Assembly: GCA_002269645.1 (NCBI GenBank) | Contig: NIVC01000594.1 | Coordinates: forward strand, 62,001-126,000 | DNA from: Macrostomum lignano | Taxonomy: Eukaryota | Direction of reading: 5' to 3' | Length of the DNA stretch: 64,000 nt | Shown: positions 1 to 12,500 of the stretch, one piece after another | How positions within the stretch are numbered: position 1 is the stretch's first letter | How the letters are laid out: every line of letters begins with the position of its first letter | Made by a program: the position numbers and the translations under genes | Notes under the pieces: model-generated | Databases searched by the model: none | The model's input: only the letters and a program-made list of their open reading frames with translations | What the model was told of the DNA's origin: nothing

Positions 1-409
1 ATGCGTGGCCCACTTCAAATCCCCTGCCAACAATCTCGCCTATAACCGCGGAGGAAAAATCCCTTTCCCTGTCATGCCACACTGCATGACGCCGACGGGG
101 TTCCTCAAAGAATCCCCAAAGATTTTCTAGGATTTTGGCAGAGCCTTCTTACCATGGAATCCATCTGACCCGTGGAAGCCGCTAAAGGGATTTACCGGAC
201 GGGCCTCCGCGCTAAGGGGATCTGCGGCGCGGAGTTAATCAGCCTCGCCTTTGTTCATAAAGTATTTATTAATCCCCTTGCCAACCCAATACTATTGCCG
301 GTAGAAAAGCTTACTGATTGAGTGTCAAGATATTTCAGCTTCTGGAATGGCAGGGCTCCTGCTTCTCGGTCAATCCTCCCGTGAGACGTGAGACATCTCG
401 TCAGTGAGG

Positions 410-595
410 CGCTGCAACCTCCCGTCAGTGTCCCTCCGTAAGCCACTGCAACCTCCCGTCAGTGTCCTGTAAGCTACCGCAACCTCCCGTCAGTGTCAGT
501 GTCCTGTAAGCCACCGCAACTTCTCTTCAGTGTCCTGTAAGCCACCGCAACTTCTCTTCAGTGTCCTGTAAGCCACTGCAACCTCCCGTCAGTTC
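410..595. repeat. Short tandem repeat, ~29-31 bp unit
   Basis: About 5-6 imperfect copies of gcaacctcccgtcagtgtcctgtaagccac(t/c). Confidence 0.8.
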
Positions 596-1575
596 TCATG
601 CAGTGCCCCCGATTCCGGCAATTTATTTCTCAGGCCAGTTCCATTTAGCCGGAGTCGCCTGCCCCCGGCCAAACATTGATTCAGCCAGGAACCGGGATGG
701 GCAGAGGGCGATGGGAGGCTGGCAGCACAGCTGCCTCAGGCTGAGGAGCTGAGGATAGCGGATCTAATTAGCCGTTCAGTTCCAAGAACGAAAGAAAGAG
801 GCGAGGCGAGCAAGATGAGAGAAAGAGAATAAGCCCTCTGTCAGGCTCAGTGGGAGGTCTTTTAGAGCACTGCAGCTTCATCAGCTCTCTATTCCACACG
901 TGACCGAGCGCTCGCTGCAGTGAAAAGCTTGAAATTGGCTGGTGCTTGGGGCACTGCAATGATTTCTATTATACTCATAGTGCATGTGCTTCGCACAATA
1001 TGTTAGAAAAATCGATTTCTCGGCTGACTTAAAAAGACTGACATGAGGAACGGGTGAGTCCAGCAGCATCTCCGATGTGGCAATAAAACTATAAAGTTTT
1101 AAAATCGTACACTCCAGTCAAATCGTCTAAATAATTAATTGTCCTGTCATAAATAACGAATAAAATTTTACAAGTCTAATATAACTTTGTCGAGTCGAGC
1201 TGCACCGAAGCCTAGTAGAAACAGAGGCAAACCATGGCAAACCTTTAATAATAATTACCCAAATTAAGAGAGAGAGAGAGAGAGAGGAGAGTGTGTGAAG
1301 TGAAAGCTACTCAAACTTGAGCCAGATCGGACTCGATGTGCGAGCAAGCTACGAGTGTATTAGACTAAGTATTGAATGTACTTTAACTGTGCAGGTCCAT
1401 GTGGCCATCAGTTCTCTACATGGATATTAAAGACAAAGTTCCATATCAAGCAAGCGTGGATTACTTTAATTTATTGGTTTTAACTAATAATTAAAACAAT
1501 TTCCTCTGAAAGCGCATTAAGCTGTTCAAAGTGGGTAAACTCTTCATTCTCATTTTCGATCATTTTGTAAAGAAT

Positions 1576-1720
1576 CAGTGGCGTAGCCAGGATTTCTTTC
1601 TGGGGGGGGGGAGGGGGCAGGGGGTGCTAGGCCTCTGCGACGGGGGAGGGGGGTTGCTGCCGCATTTGGCCTGGATCAGCCGGCTGGGGGCATGACCCCC
1701 CTCCCTTGGCTACGACCCTG
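1576..1720. mobile_element. hAT-type MITE (145 bp)
   Basis: Termini CAGTGGCGTAGCC and GGCTACGACCCTG are inverted repeats. Flanks taaagaat (1568-1575) and taaggaat (1721-1728) match at 7/8, consistent with an 8-bp TSD. Confidence 0.7.
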
Positions 1721-2162
1721 TAAGGAATAACTTAACTGTACTTTAGGCTGTCATGGCTGGGGATTGAAATACAGAGAGCTGATTAACAGATCAATGCGAA
1801 CTCCTACGTGCATTTCAATGTACATTCAGCAGGTGCAGGGAGGCAGAGGATGTTCCACGGGGCTCGAGGTGGACAGTCAAGAGAGTAAGAAATTCAGAGA
1901 CGAGAGAAGAAAATTGCATCGCGCTGTGCTTGGAGTTTAGTTTAGCTACTAGTAGTTTGCAGCGGGCATGAAGGCACCATGCCAAATCAAGGCTACCTTT
2001 AGCCCGCAGCCAACCAGCAAGCAGGCAAGCAAATTCTGCTGACCACTGAGCGCGCTCTCGCACACGGAGATGCGTAGGCAGGAACCCGGTAACTTTAGGG
2101 CACGACATTTGAACGCGTTCACCACTGAGCTGCTCCGTGTGCTAACCATTTGCTCAAGCTGC

Positions 2163-2420
2163 TCCAGGGTGCTGGCGCCCCCTGGTGCTGGCCCCTGGTG
2201 CTGGCGCCCCTTGGTGCTGGCGCCCCTTGGTGCTGGCGCCCCTTGGTGCTGGCGCCCCTTGGTGCTGGCGCCCCTTGGTGCTGGCGCCCCTTGGTGCTGG
2301 CGCCCCTTGGTGCTGGCGCCCCTTGGTGCTGGCGCCCCTTGGTGCTGGCGCCCCTTGGTGCTGGCGCCCCTTGGTGCTGGCGCCCCTTGGTGCTGGCGCC
2401 CCCTGGTACTGGCGCCCAGT
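2163..2420. repeat. 16-bp minisatellite (ggtgctggcgcccctt)n
   Basis: About 15 near-perfect copies; explains the repetitive ORFs at 2070-2553. Confidence 0.95.
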
Positions 2421-2612
2421 TAATGCTAGATAATCTAGACATAAGCACACGCAGCTTGTGCACAATATTACGTAACAGAATATATTTTGGCAGTTGCATC
2501 GCACCTTGAAAACTGTACATCATCAGAATGTTAATAAATTGCAGTGATCGCATGATTCGATGGTGAAATCCCAGAGATTAAAGCAGTCTGACAATCACTA
2601 AACTCAGAGCGG

Positions 2613-3155
2613 TCAGCCATCCGGTCTTGATGCTCGGCCCGCGCCAAAGTGGCCGAAAATAAGATTGACGCCGCCGCCGCTGCTGCTGCCGATGCCGCCT
2701 CCCCCGCCTGCGCCACCGCCCGTTCCGCCGGCGCCCATCTGTTGGCTGCCGCCTCCGCCGCCACCCCCGCCGCCACCGCCTCTCCGATGGTGATGATGGT
2801 GCCTAGAGGCTGAGGAGTAGGTGCAGTCCCGGTCTAGGCCGCCGCCACCGCCGCCGATGCCGCCACCGCCTCCGATGCCACCGCCGCCACCGCAGCCGCT
2901 GCCGCCGCCGCCGCCAAACTCGAAGCCAGATGATCCCATGTCCAGCACGAGCTCGTGACGATGATGGTGATGGGCCGGCTGCTGCCCAGCCGTGCTGCCC
3001 TGCTGGCGAAGGGTTCGGCGCTGAAAACCCCGGGCCAGCTGGGCGGCCCGCTCGCAGCGGCTGCGCCGGTGGCGGCAGTGGTAGCAGACAAACGACACAA
3101 CCAGCAGAGCTATGAACAGCAGAGCGATGCCCAGATGGATTGGCCATATGAGCAT
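2613..3155 (-). CDS. Putative single-pass membrane protein with Gly-rich, His-run tail (180 aa)
   Basis: ATG start and GC-rich exon-like composition. N-terminal hydrophobic stretch LGIALLFIALLVVSFVCY is followed by basic residues (RHRRSR), then poly-Gly and His runs. No family recognised. Confidence 0.5.
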   Translation of the reverse strand: MLIWPIHLGIALLFIALLVVSFVCYHCRHRRSRCERAAQLARGFQRRTLRQQGSTAGQQPAHHHHRHELVLDMGSSGFEFGGGGGSGCGGGGGIGGGGGIGGGGGGLDRDCTYSSASRHHHHHRRGGGGGGGGGGGSQQMGAGGTGGGAGGGGGIGSSSGGGVNLIFGHFGAGRASRPDG

Positions 3156-3884
3156 GATTGACAGGCGGAACTGGGTCAGCAGATTCTTGGCCCTGCTGTC
3201 TGGCTTGAACTATCTCACAGCTATATCTACAGCCCGCTAGCTACGAGTAGCTATATAGAGGCCAACCAAAGCTGCGTGCAGAGATGACGGCACAGTCCGA
3301 ATAGGGACAGGAAGCGGAGCTGGGAGCGCTGTTGCACTGCTAGGGCTACCGGAGGTCCAACAGCACAGCCAGTGCTGACTGCTGGGATAGGAAAAGAGGA
3401 TAGCGGAAACAGGAAATCTCCCTGTTCTATATAGCTAGCTATATATATATATATATATTTGTGTTTGTGTGTGCGCGCTAGAATAAGAAGATCCTCTAGC
3501 CGCACTCGAGCCATCACTCATGCACCCGGCTGCTTATCTAGGGGTCAAGGGAGAGACAGCGGACAGACTGGGGCAGGGGGAGACACAAGAGACGAGACAG
3601 AGAAGCGGGAAGGAAGAAGAGATTGAGCGCACTTCAGGACAGAAGGCTTGTGGGGAAGCAGATTCTGCCAAGCTGGCATTGGCTGGGTCGATGGAGCACC
3701 GGCCTGCTTGTGCCGCGCGAGTGCACGGCGCGCCCATCCAACTTGCAGCTCTCCTCTGCCGCTGCATTCTTCAACTCCGACTGCTTAGACAGCCTAAATT
3801 GGTCGGATATTTATAGCAGTAGGCCGTGGGGATGTTCCTCAACTAAAAGGTGTGATTAAATTTGAGTCTGATCGACAGTATGAG

Positions 3885-4030
3885 CCCCTGGTGCTGGCGT
3901 CTCTGGTGCTGGCGCCCCTATAAAACTGGCGCTTCTAGAACTGGCGCTTCTATAGAACTGGCGCCTCTAGAAGTGGCACCACTAGAACTGGAGCCTCTAG
4001 AACTGGCGCCTCTATAGAACTGGCGCCCAG
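3885..4030. repeat. Degenerate ctggcgcc-based array related to the 2163-2420 array
   Basis: Starts with cccctggtgctggcg units, continues as tagaactggcgcctcta units, and ends in actggcgcccagt like the 2163-2420 array. Confidence 0.7.
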
Positions 4031-4504
4031 TCAAAAAATGAAATGCCCCTCATGAAAAGTGTTAAGGTGTTTCATTTTAGAAGCATTCTTGGGCTAGGAG
4101 ATAAATCACAGTCCAGAGTTGGGCGCAGCTACTTGGGAATAATATAAAACACCAGCTGTCTACTGAGCACTGACGAGACAGACGCGATGGCCTGGAGGCC
4201 AATTAGCATGCACCGATTCCCAAGAGCACTCGAGCCTGTACGTATTCCTCCATCTACAATCCCTCGTGCTTTTGGCCTCATTTTTCCTCTATTGAAGGCC
4301 GCCGTATGCAAATTCCGGCTGGGGCCCATTCCAGATCGGATCGGCGAGACCGAGATTTCGGATGCAAAAAACGTCTTTCTTTGCCCGATCGGAATGTTTA
4401 TAGTAATTATTATTTTGGCATGAGATTGGTCCGGTGCAAAACATGGCGAAATATTCTGAGAATGCAGAACAGTGCAGAAGAACAATCCTATATACTAAAA
4501 ATGG

Positions 4505-5450
4505 TGAGTGAGAGAGTGAGTGAATAAGTGAGCGAGTGAGTGAGTGAATGAATAAATGAGTGAGTGAGGGAGTGAGAGGGTGGGTGAATGAGTGAGTGAG
4601 TGAATGAGTGAGTGAGTGAGTGAGTGAATGAGTGAGTGAGTGAGTGAGTGAGTGAATGAGTGAGTGAGTGAATGAGTGAGTGAATGAGTGAGTGAGTGAG
4701 TGAATGAGTGAGTGAGTGAATGAGTGAGTGAGTGAATGAGTGAGTGAATGAGTGAGTGAGTGAATGAGTGAGTGAATGAGTGAGTGAATGAGTGAGTGAA
4801 TGAGTGAGTGAATGAGTGAATGAGTGAATGAGTGAGTGAGTGAGTGAGTGAGTGAGTGAGTGAATGAATGAATGAGTGAGTGAGTGAGTGAATGAGTGAG
4901 TGAGTGAATGAGTGAGTGAGTGAGTGAGTGAGTGAATGAGTGAGTGAGTGATTGAGTGAGTGAGTGAGTGAGTGAGTGAGTGAGTGAGTGAGTGAATGAG
5001 TGAGTGAGTGAGTGAATGAGTGAGTGAGTGAGTGAGTGAGTGAATGAGTGAGTGAGTGAGTGAGTGAGTGAGTGAATGAGTGAGTGAGTGAGTGAATGAG
5101 TGAATGAGTGAGTGAGTGAGTGAGTGAGTGAATGAGTGAGTGAGTGAGTGAATGAGTGAGTGAGTGAATGAGTGAGTGAGTGAGTGAATGAGTGAGTGAA
5201 TGAGTGAGTGAGTGAGTGAGTGAGTGAATGAGTGAGTGAGTGAGTGAGTGAGTGAATGAGTGAGTGAGTGAGTGAATGAGTGAGTGAGTGAGTGAGTGAG
5301 TGAATGAGTGAGTGAGTGAGTGAGTGAGTGAGTGAGTGAGTGAGTGAGTGAATGAGTGAGTGAGTGAGTGAATGAGTGAGTGAGTGAATGAGTGAGTGAT
5401 TGAATGAGTGAGTGAGTGAGTGAATGAATGAGTGAGTGAGTGAGTGAGTG
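4505..5450. repeat. (TGAG/TGAA)n tetranucleotide microsatellite
   Basis: About 950 bp of tgag with interspersed tgaa; source of the HSLT/HSFT pseudo-ORFs. Confidence 0.98.
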
Positions 5451-5989
5451 CATGAGAGGCTAGGAGAGTGATACCGCAGTGAGCAGCCTGCAGGCAGCAC
5501 GGGCACAGCAGGGCTGTAATGAGGCAGGGGAAGAGAAATCGAGCAGAAAAAAGCGGATTTGCATTCGGCCTGTCGGAATGCCGGACCGTCGCGCCACCCG
5601 CTGACTGTAGAATCATCGATCACGCACTGCCGACGGTGCAGGGGTGAGGACTAAAAATCAAATTCCCCAATCGAATTCCCGGAACCCTTCCCGCGCTGGC
5701 TCTATTGCAGCAGCAGAAATGCACTATTACTAGAGAGGATCCGATGTTTGATAAGTGCGCAACTGACTGGCCGAGCTGCCGAGGCCTTAGCTGCGCGCAG
5801 GGTTCGAGTCTGCAGCGGCATGGTAAATGCTTTATTGGCTTCAAGCTGCATGCATACTCAAATTTGACTGGTAGTGCACTGCACTATCAGTGTATGGTGT
5901 GACCGTTCTCTATAACTTTACACAAGTTTATAGGATTATTCAGGCTAGCTTTGCAGATTTCAGAATTTTGGAATTGAATGCGTCATTTG

Positions 5990-7230
5990 GGATTTTGGAT
6001 CAGGGATGGGATTACTGAAGATTTGCGATTATAGAGAGGATAATAAGCGACACGTTTTGGGATCAAGGATGGAATTAGTGAAGAATTGAGATCAGAGATA
6101 AGGTTAGTGAAGAATTTTAATCAGGGATGAGATTAGGGACATAGTTTTGGTCAAGATAGGATTAGCGAAACGTTTTAGGATCAAGGATGGGATCAGGGAT
6201 GGGATTAGTGAAGGATTGAGATCAGAGATAAGATAAGTGAAGAATTGGGATCAGGAATGGGATTAGCGTCCATTTTTGGGATCAGGGATGGGATTAGCGA
6301 AGATTTTGGATCAGGGATGGGATTAGTGAAGAATTAAGATCAGGAATGGGACTAGCTAAGATTTGGGATCAGAGATGGGACTAGCGAAGATTTGGGATCA
6401 GAGATTGGACTAGCGAAGATTTGGGATCAGGGATGGGACTAGCGAAGATTTGGGATCAGGGATGGGACTAGCGAAGATTTGGGATCAGAGATTAGACTAG
6501 CTAAGATTTGGGATCAGAGATGGGACTAGCAAAGATTTGGGATCAGGGATGGGACTAGCAAAGATTTGGGATCAGAGATGGGACTAGCGAAGATTTGGGA
6601 TCAGAGATGGGACTAGCGAAGATTTGGGATCAGAGATGGGACTAGCGAAGATTTGGGATCAGGGATGGGACTAGCAAAGATTTGGGATCAGGGATGGGAC
6701 TAGCAAAGATTTGGGATCAGGGATGGGACTAGCTAAGATTTGGGATCAGAGATGGGACTAGCTAAGATTTGGGATCAGGGATGGGACTAGCAAAGATTTG
6801 GGATCAGGGATGGGACTAGCGAAGATTTGGGATCAGAGATGGGACTAGCGAAGATTTGGGATCAGGGATGGGACTAGCAAAGATTTGGGATCAGGGATGG
6901 GACTAGCAAAGATTTGGGATCAGGGATGGGACTAGCAAAGATTTGGGATCAGAGATGGGACTAGCTAAGATTTGGGATCAGGGATGGGACTAGCGAAGAT
7001 TTGGGATCAGGGATGGGACTAGCGAAGATTTGGGATCAGAGATGGGACTAGCGAAGATTTGGGATCAGGGATGGGACTAGCGAAGATTTGGGATCAGGGA
7101 TTGGACTAGCTAAGATTTGGGATCAGAGATGGGACTAGCAAAGATTTGGGATCAGGGATGGGACTAGCAAAGATTTGGGATCAGAGATGGGACTAGCGAA
7201 GATTTGGGATCTGAGATGGGCCTAGCGAAG
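5990..7230. repeat. 29-bp minisatellite (gggatcagggatgggactagcgaagattt)n
   Basis: Homogeneous copies at ~6340-7230, with degenerate copies at 5990-6340. Confidence 0.95.
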
Positions 7231-7807
7231 ATACTTCAAACTCAATTGAATTAATTGCAGTATTTGCAGATTTATTCGATTCCCAAGTCAAGCTGAACGC
7301 AACTCACACCGAATTATAATGCCATCCATAATTCGCAGACGAACGGATTCAGGCTCATCAGTAAAAACTGGAAAAACTATGGACTAACGCTTATATTTCT
7401 GTACAATGGCGAAATGCTTTAGCACACAATGGACCATGTAAAATGGGTTAGAAAGTTGAAAAGTTTGTTCATTAACTAACACTGGATACAGGAAGACTAG
7501 TTATGTTGACAATAGTTTTTATTAAATCAAAACAATTCTAAATGATCTAAATCCGCCTACTATTAGTAGCTTAAACTAGGTCATACTTAACAGGTAGCAA
7601 TCGATTAAAAATAAATGCGATAATTAACCTCTCCGTGCATCAAAAACTTCAAATTTTTCGAAGTTATGAGAAGAAACATTAAGAATTTGGTTTTGATATT
7701 TAGGGTCCCACATGCGCAGCACCCGGCCGAGCCCACACAAGGTAAGTCACAAAAATGCCCACCCGAAAAATACAGAAGTAGTACTAATTAATAAGACGTA
7801 GTACTAA

Positions 7808-8035
7808 TCAGCAATGAAATCCCTACTCAGCAACCCAGCAATGAAATCCCCACACAGCAATTCAGCAACGAAATCCCCACTCAGCAACTGAGCAATGAAC
7901 TCCCCACTCAGCAACTCAGCAATGAACTCCCCACTCAGCAACTGAGCAATGAAATTTCCACTCAGCAATTCAGCAATGAAATCCCCACTCAGCAACGAAA
8001 TCCCCACTTAGCAACTCAGCAATGAAATCGCTACT
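7808..8035. repeat. ~30-bp tandem repeat (cagcaatgaaatccccactcagcaact..)n
   Basis: About 7 imperfect copies. Confidence 0.85.
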
Positions 8036-8441
8036 AAAAATTTGAATTGTTGATTACTTAGGAGTTCATTGTTTTTATAATTCAATAAAGAATTCATAAA
8101 AAGATGAATAACTTTATAATCGTAATATCAGCTTAATAACTGGTTGATAACAGTAATATAATGTGTAACAAGAATTTATATATATTTTGATCGAAAAAAA
8201 CTTGCAACAATAAAAACGCACGTAAAGGATAACTGTTTGATAATAATTAGTGAAACGAAAATATAACCAAGCAGTGCCACTCACTGACTCACTTTAGAAA
8301 TAAATGGCTTTACAGATGTTCGATAATTATAAGTTAAACCCCACTGGTTTCTTTTATTGCGGCCGAGAACGGCTGAGGACTAGAGTGGCCGGAGCCCTTC
8401 GCAGCCACGAATAAGTGAAACAAGCGGGGGAATAATGTATT

Positions 8442-8840
8442 TATTCCTCACTTCGCCAAATAAATATGTTTCTGTAGTCTATGGCCAGGCCAAATAAATA
8501 CATTTCTGTAGTCTATGGCCAGGCCAAATAAATACATTTCTGTAGTCTATGGCCTTGCCAAATAAATACATTTCTGTAGTCTATGGCCAGGCCAAATAAA
8601 TACATTTCTGTAGTCTATGGCCTTGCCAAATAAATACATTTCTGTAGTCTATGGCCAGGCCAAATAAATACATTTCTGTAGTCTATGGCCAGGCCAAATA
8701 AATACATTTCTGAAATCTATAAGCCAGCTAAAATACATCTCTGTAGAGCTATGGCCTAGCTAAAAATACAATTCTCTAGTCTATGGCCAAGCCAAATACA
8801 TACATCTCTGTAGCCTATGGCCAGGCTTAAGTGAGGAATA
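8442..8840. repeat. 34-bp minisatellite bracketed by a 12-bp inverted repeat
   Basis: Unit aaataaatacatttctgtagtctatggccaggcc, about 10 copies. Flanks are TATTCCTCACTT (8442-8453) and AAGTGAGGAATA (8829-8840). Confidence 0.8.
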
Positions 8841-9533
8841 CAAATAAATAATAAAGCAAGGTAAAAATATTGATAAAAAAGTTTACCACAAAAGTAATAT
8901 AGTAGTATGCGAACTTAAACAATATGAAAACAAATTCTACAAAAAAATTATATATTGTAACTAATATTAAGTTATTTAATAAGAAAAAGATAATAAGTGA
9001 ACGCAGTCAAATAAGATAACAGTTAATAAATAAAGCAAATTTGCCCCTCAGCAAATTTATCAAATAGAACAGCGAATATGTAAGTATAAATCTTAATAAA
9101 ATCTTAATATTTATTTAAAAACAACTCAAAAAACTAAAACTGAATTTACATTTATATATGGCAGAGGATGGGGCAGATGCGGTGCACAGAGATCATTGAT
9201 TGATTGATTTGAGTGCAAGAATCCTCAAGACGCTTGAAAGCAGGCAAATACCCTACAGTCCCTACGGCAGACTTTCTAACCGTCAGCCATGTACACTCCC
9301 TGTGCCAAGCTGTCACCCTGGATTCCCTCCTGATAATCATGAGAAGGACAAAAATAAAACAAAGCGAAAGAATTTCGATAACAAGCAAGCAACAAATTCA
9401 TACTATTATAATTCGTTCGCTTTTCAAACGATTCGTAACTCAAAAAAGAAAGATGATTTTCTTTAAATTGCACGCGAACCTCGAAAATTCGGCAGATTCC
9501 AATCCTCTTCAGCTACGACAGCTGTCTCCCCCA

Positions 9534-12500
9534 TCACTTGAATCGCACCTGCAGCCGCTTCTCCCCTAGCAGGTGACCGTTGACCTTCTTGACGGCTTCC
9601 ACCGCCTCTGAGTACCTGGCATTTTTAGTGGGTTGGGAAGATTTCTGAGTGGGTTGGGGAGATTTCTGAGTGGGTTGGGAAGATCTCTGAGTGGGTTGGG
9701 GAGATTTCTGAGTGGGTTGGGAAGATCTCTGAGTGGGTTGGGGAGATTTCTGAGTGGGTTTGGGAAGATTTCTTAGTGGGTTGGGGAGATTTCTGAGTGG
9801 GTTTGGGAAGATTTCTGAGTGGGTTGGGAAGATCTCTAAGTGGGTTGGGGAGATTTCTGAGTGGGTTGGGGGGATTTCTGAGTGGGTTGGGGAGATTTCT
9901 GAGTGGGTTGGGAAGATCTCTGAGTGGGTTGGGAAGATCTCTGAGTGGGTTGGGGAGATTTCTGAGTGGGTTGGGGAGATTTCTGAGTGGGTTGGGGGGA
10001 TTTCTGAGTGGGTTGGGAAGATCTCTGAGTGGGTTGGGGAGATTTCTGATTGGGTTGGGGAAGATTTCTGAGTTGCTCTAAAATAATAAGAGTTTCTATA
10101 CTGTCTATACCAAGATTTACCTTTCGCAGTGCGAACAAAAGACGCCGGTCTCACCTGAGCATGGTGACAAATCCGTAGCCTCTCGGCTTCTGCGTGGCCG
10201 CATCTCGGATCACCTTCACAGACTTGACAGCGCCATGGGGGCCGAACAGCTCCCACAGGTCGATGTCTTGGGCCGCGTCACCGAGGCCGTACACAAACAG
10301 GGGGAACTCGCCCTTGTCCTGCTTTGGCTGCTGCTGGTGCTGCGGGTGGGTTCGAATGGACTGAATTACCCGGAATTTGGACTGAATGACCCGGAATTTT
10401 TGGACTGAATGACCCGGGATTTGATGGACTGAATGACCCGGGATTTTATGAACTGAATGACCCGGGATTTGATGGACTGAATGACCCGGGATTTGATGGA
10501 CTGAATGACCCGGGATTTGATGGACTGATTGGTATTAAAACGGGAAGGGTATTAAAACACTGTGCTGCAGGGATTTAGTGGGCAGTGCAGCACAGCAAGG
10601 CCAGCGGCCTCTCACCGCGGCCACGGCGGCGGTCAGCGCCTCCTCGGCGGTGTCAGTCCTGCGCTTTTTGTTCGGCGGCGACAGAAGGCCGTCGGTGGGG
10701 TGCAGGCCCGCGGCGACGCCGAACGGCCGGATATGGGCAGGTAGCAACTCGTGCTTCACAGTCAGCTGATTGACAGGGCTGACCCCGGCCGCGCCAACTT
10801 GGCCGCCAAGCAGCAGGGCGCCCTTCGGAGGCAGCGGCCGGTGCACTTTCAGCGGCTGCGGAGCGCCATCAAGCTGGAGGCCGTTGAGCTGGGCGATGGC
10901 CATATCTGCTAGGGGACCGCTGCACAGTTCAATGAATCCGCAGCCCTTGGACTTGCCGGTCCTCTTGTCCATGAGCAGCTTGGACTCTTTCAGCGGGCCG
11001 TAGCTGTCGAATAGCTTGTCCAGGTCCGACTGCGCGTAGCCCTCTGGCAGGTTGCCTGCCAAAGAAACAAAAAAATCCTGGAGTAGCAAATAGATATGCT
11101 TTTAAACTACGAGAAACAAGGCCAGCTAAATATGGATTACTAAATATTACTGATGAGACTAATAAAAGGATGCTGATGTCCAACTAAATACCCCCTTAAT
11201 CCATTAAATATCCTATCAGCTACTAAATACCCCATAAGACAATAAATACCCAATAAGTTACTAAATACCCCATAAGCTAGTAAATACACCATAAGCCACT
11301 AAATACCCCATAAGACAATAAATACCTAATAAACTACTAAAGACCCCATAAGCTACTAAATACCCCCATAAGCTACTAAATACCCCATAAGCTACTAAAG
11401 ACCCCATAAGCTACTAAATACCCCCATAAGCTACCAAATACCCCATAAGCTACTAAAGACCCCATAAGCTACTAAAGACCCCATAAGCTACTAAAGACCC
11501 CATAAGCTACTAAAGACCCCATAAGCTACTAAATACCCCCATAAGCTACTAAATACCCCCATAAGCTACTAAAGACCCCATAAGCTACTAAATACCCCAT
11601 AAGCTACTAAATACCCCCATAAGCTACTAAATACCCCCATAAGCTACTAAATACCCCCATAAGCTACTAAAGACCCCATAAGCTACTAAATACCCCCATA
11701 AGCTACTAAATACCCCCATAAGCTACTAAAGACCCCATAAGCTACTAAATACCCCCATAAGCTACTAAATACCCCCATAAGCTACTAAATACCCCATAAG
11801 CTACTAAATACCCCCATAAGCTACTAAATACCTCCCACAAGCCGGTAGATATGCCACTAAATGCGCCTACAGGTCTCAAAACAGCCACACAGAAAACTAC
11901 ACAAATAGTAAATAGCTCGTATATGGTTGACTAATCTTACTCACCAATATACAGCTTGCCATTCTCGGCAATCTCCGGCTTAGCAAATTGCACCTTGAGC
12001 TTCTTGCCCTGAATCAGGCGGCCAGTAAGCTCAATAGATGCTTTAGCCGCGTCCTGCGGTGCCACATAAGTGACAAAGCCGAAGCACTTGGACTCGCCCT
12101 CAGGCGTGCGAACAATTTTCGAGCTGCGCAGCTGGCCAATGGTTTCAAACAGGTCGCGCAGATCCTCGTCTGTGAATGCGGCCGGCAGGAAGTTCACCAT
12201 CAGGTTGCAGTCTGCCGGATTCTCCTCCGCGTGTCCACCCTGGCCGCTACTTTGGCCGCTGCTGGCACCAAGACCGACGCTCTGACCAGCGCCCATGCCT
12301 TCGCCGCCGCCAGGCTTGTGCAGCTGAATCTTGATGACGTGTTTATCAAACTCTTTGCCCTGCAGCTCTTCTGCGGCTTCCTCAGCGCAGTGGTAGCTTT
12401 CAAAGTTCACAAAACCGGAGCACTTGGACAAGCCAGTGCTGGGGTCAATGAGCACCCGCGAGCTCAGGATACGGCCGTAGGGCTTGAATGCCGCCATCAG

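Noticed and set aside
2070-2553. Repetitive ORFs on both strands (GAPWCWRPLVLAP)
   Set aside because: They arise from the 16-bp tandem repeat.
4289-5623. Long ORFs of 321-444 aa rich in HSLT/HSFT
   Set aside because: They are translations of the (TGAG/TGAA)n microsatellite, which lacks stops on the minus strand.
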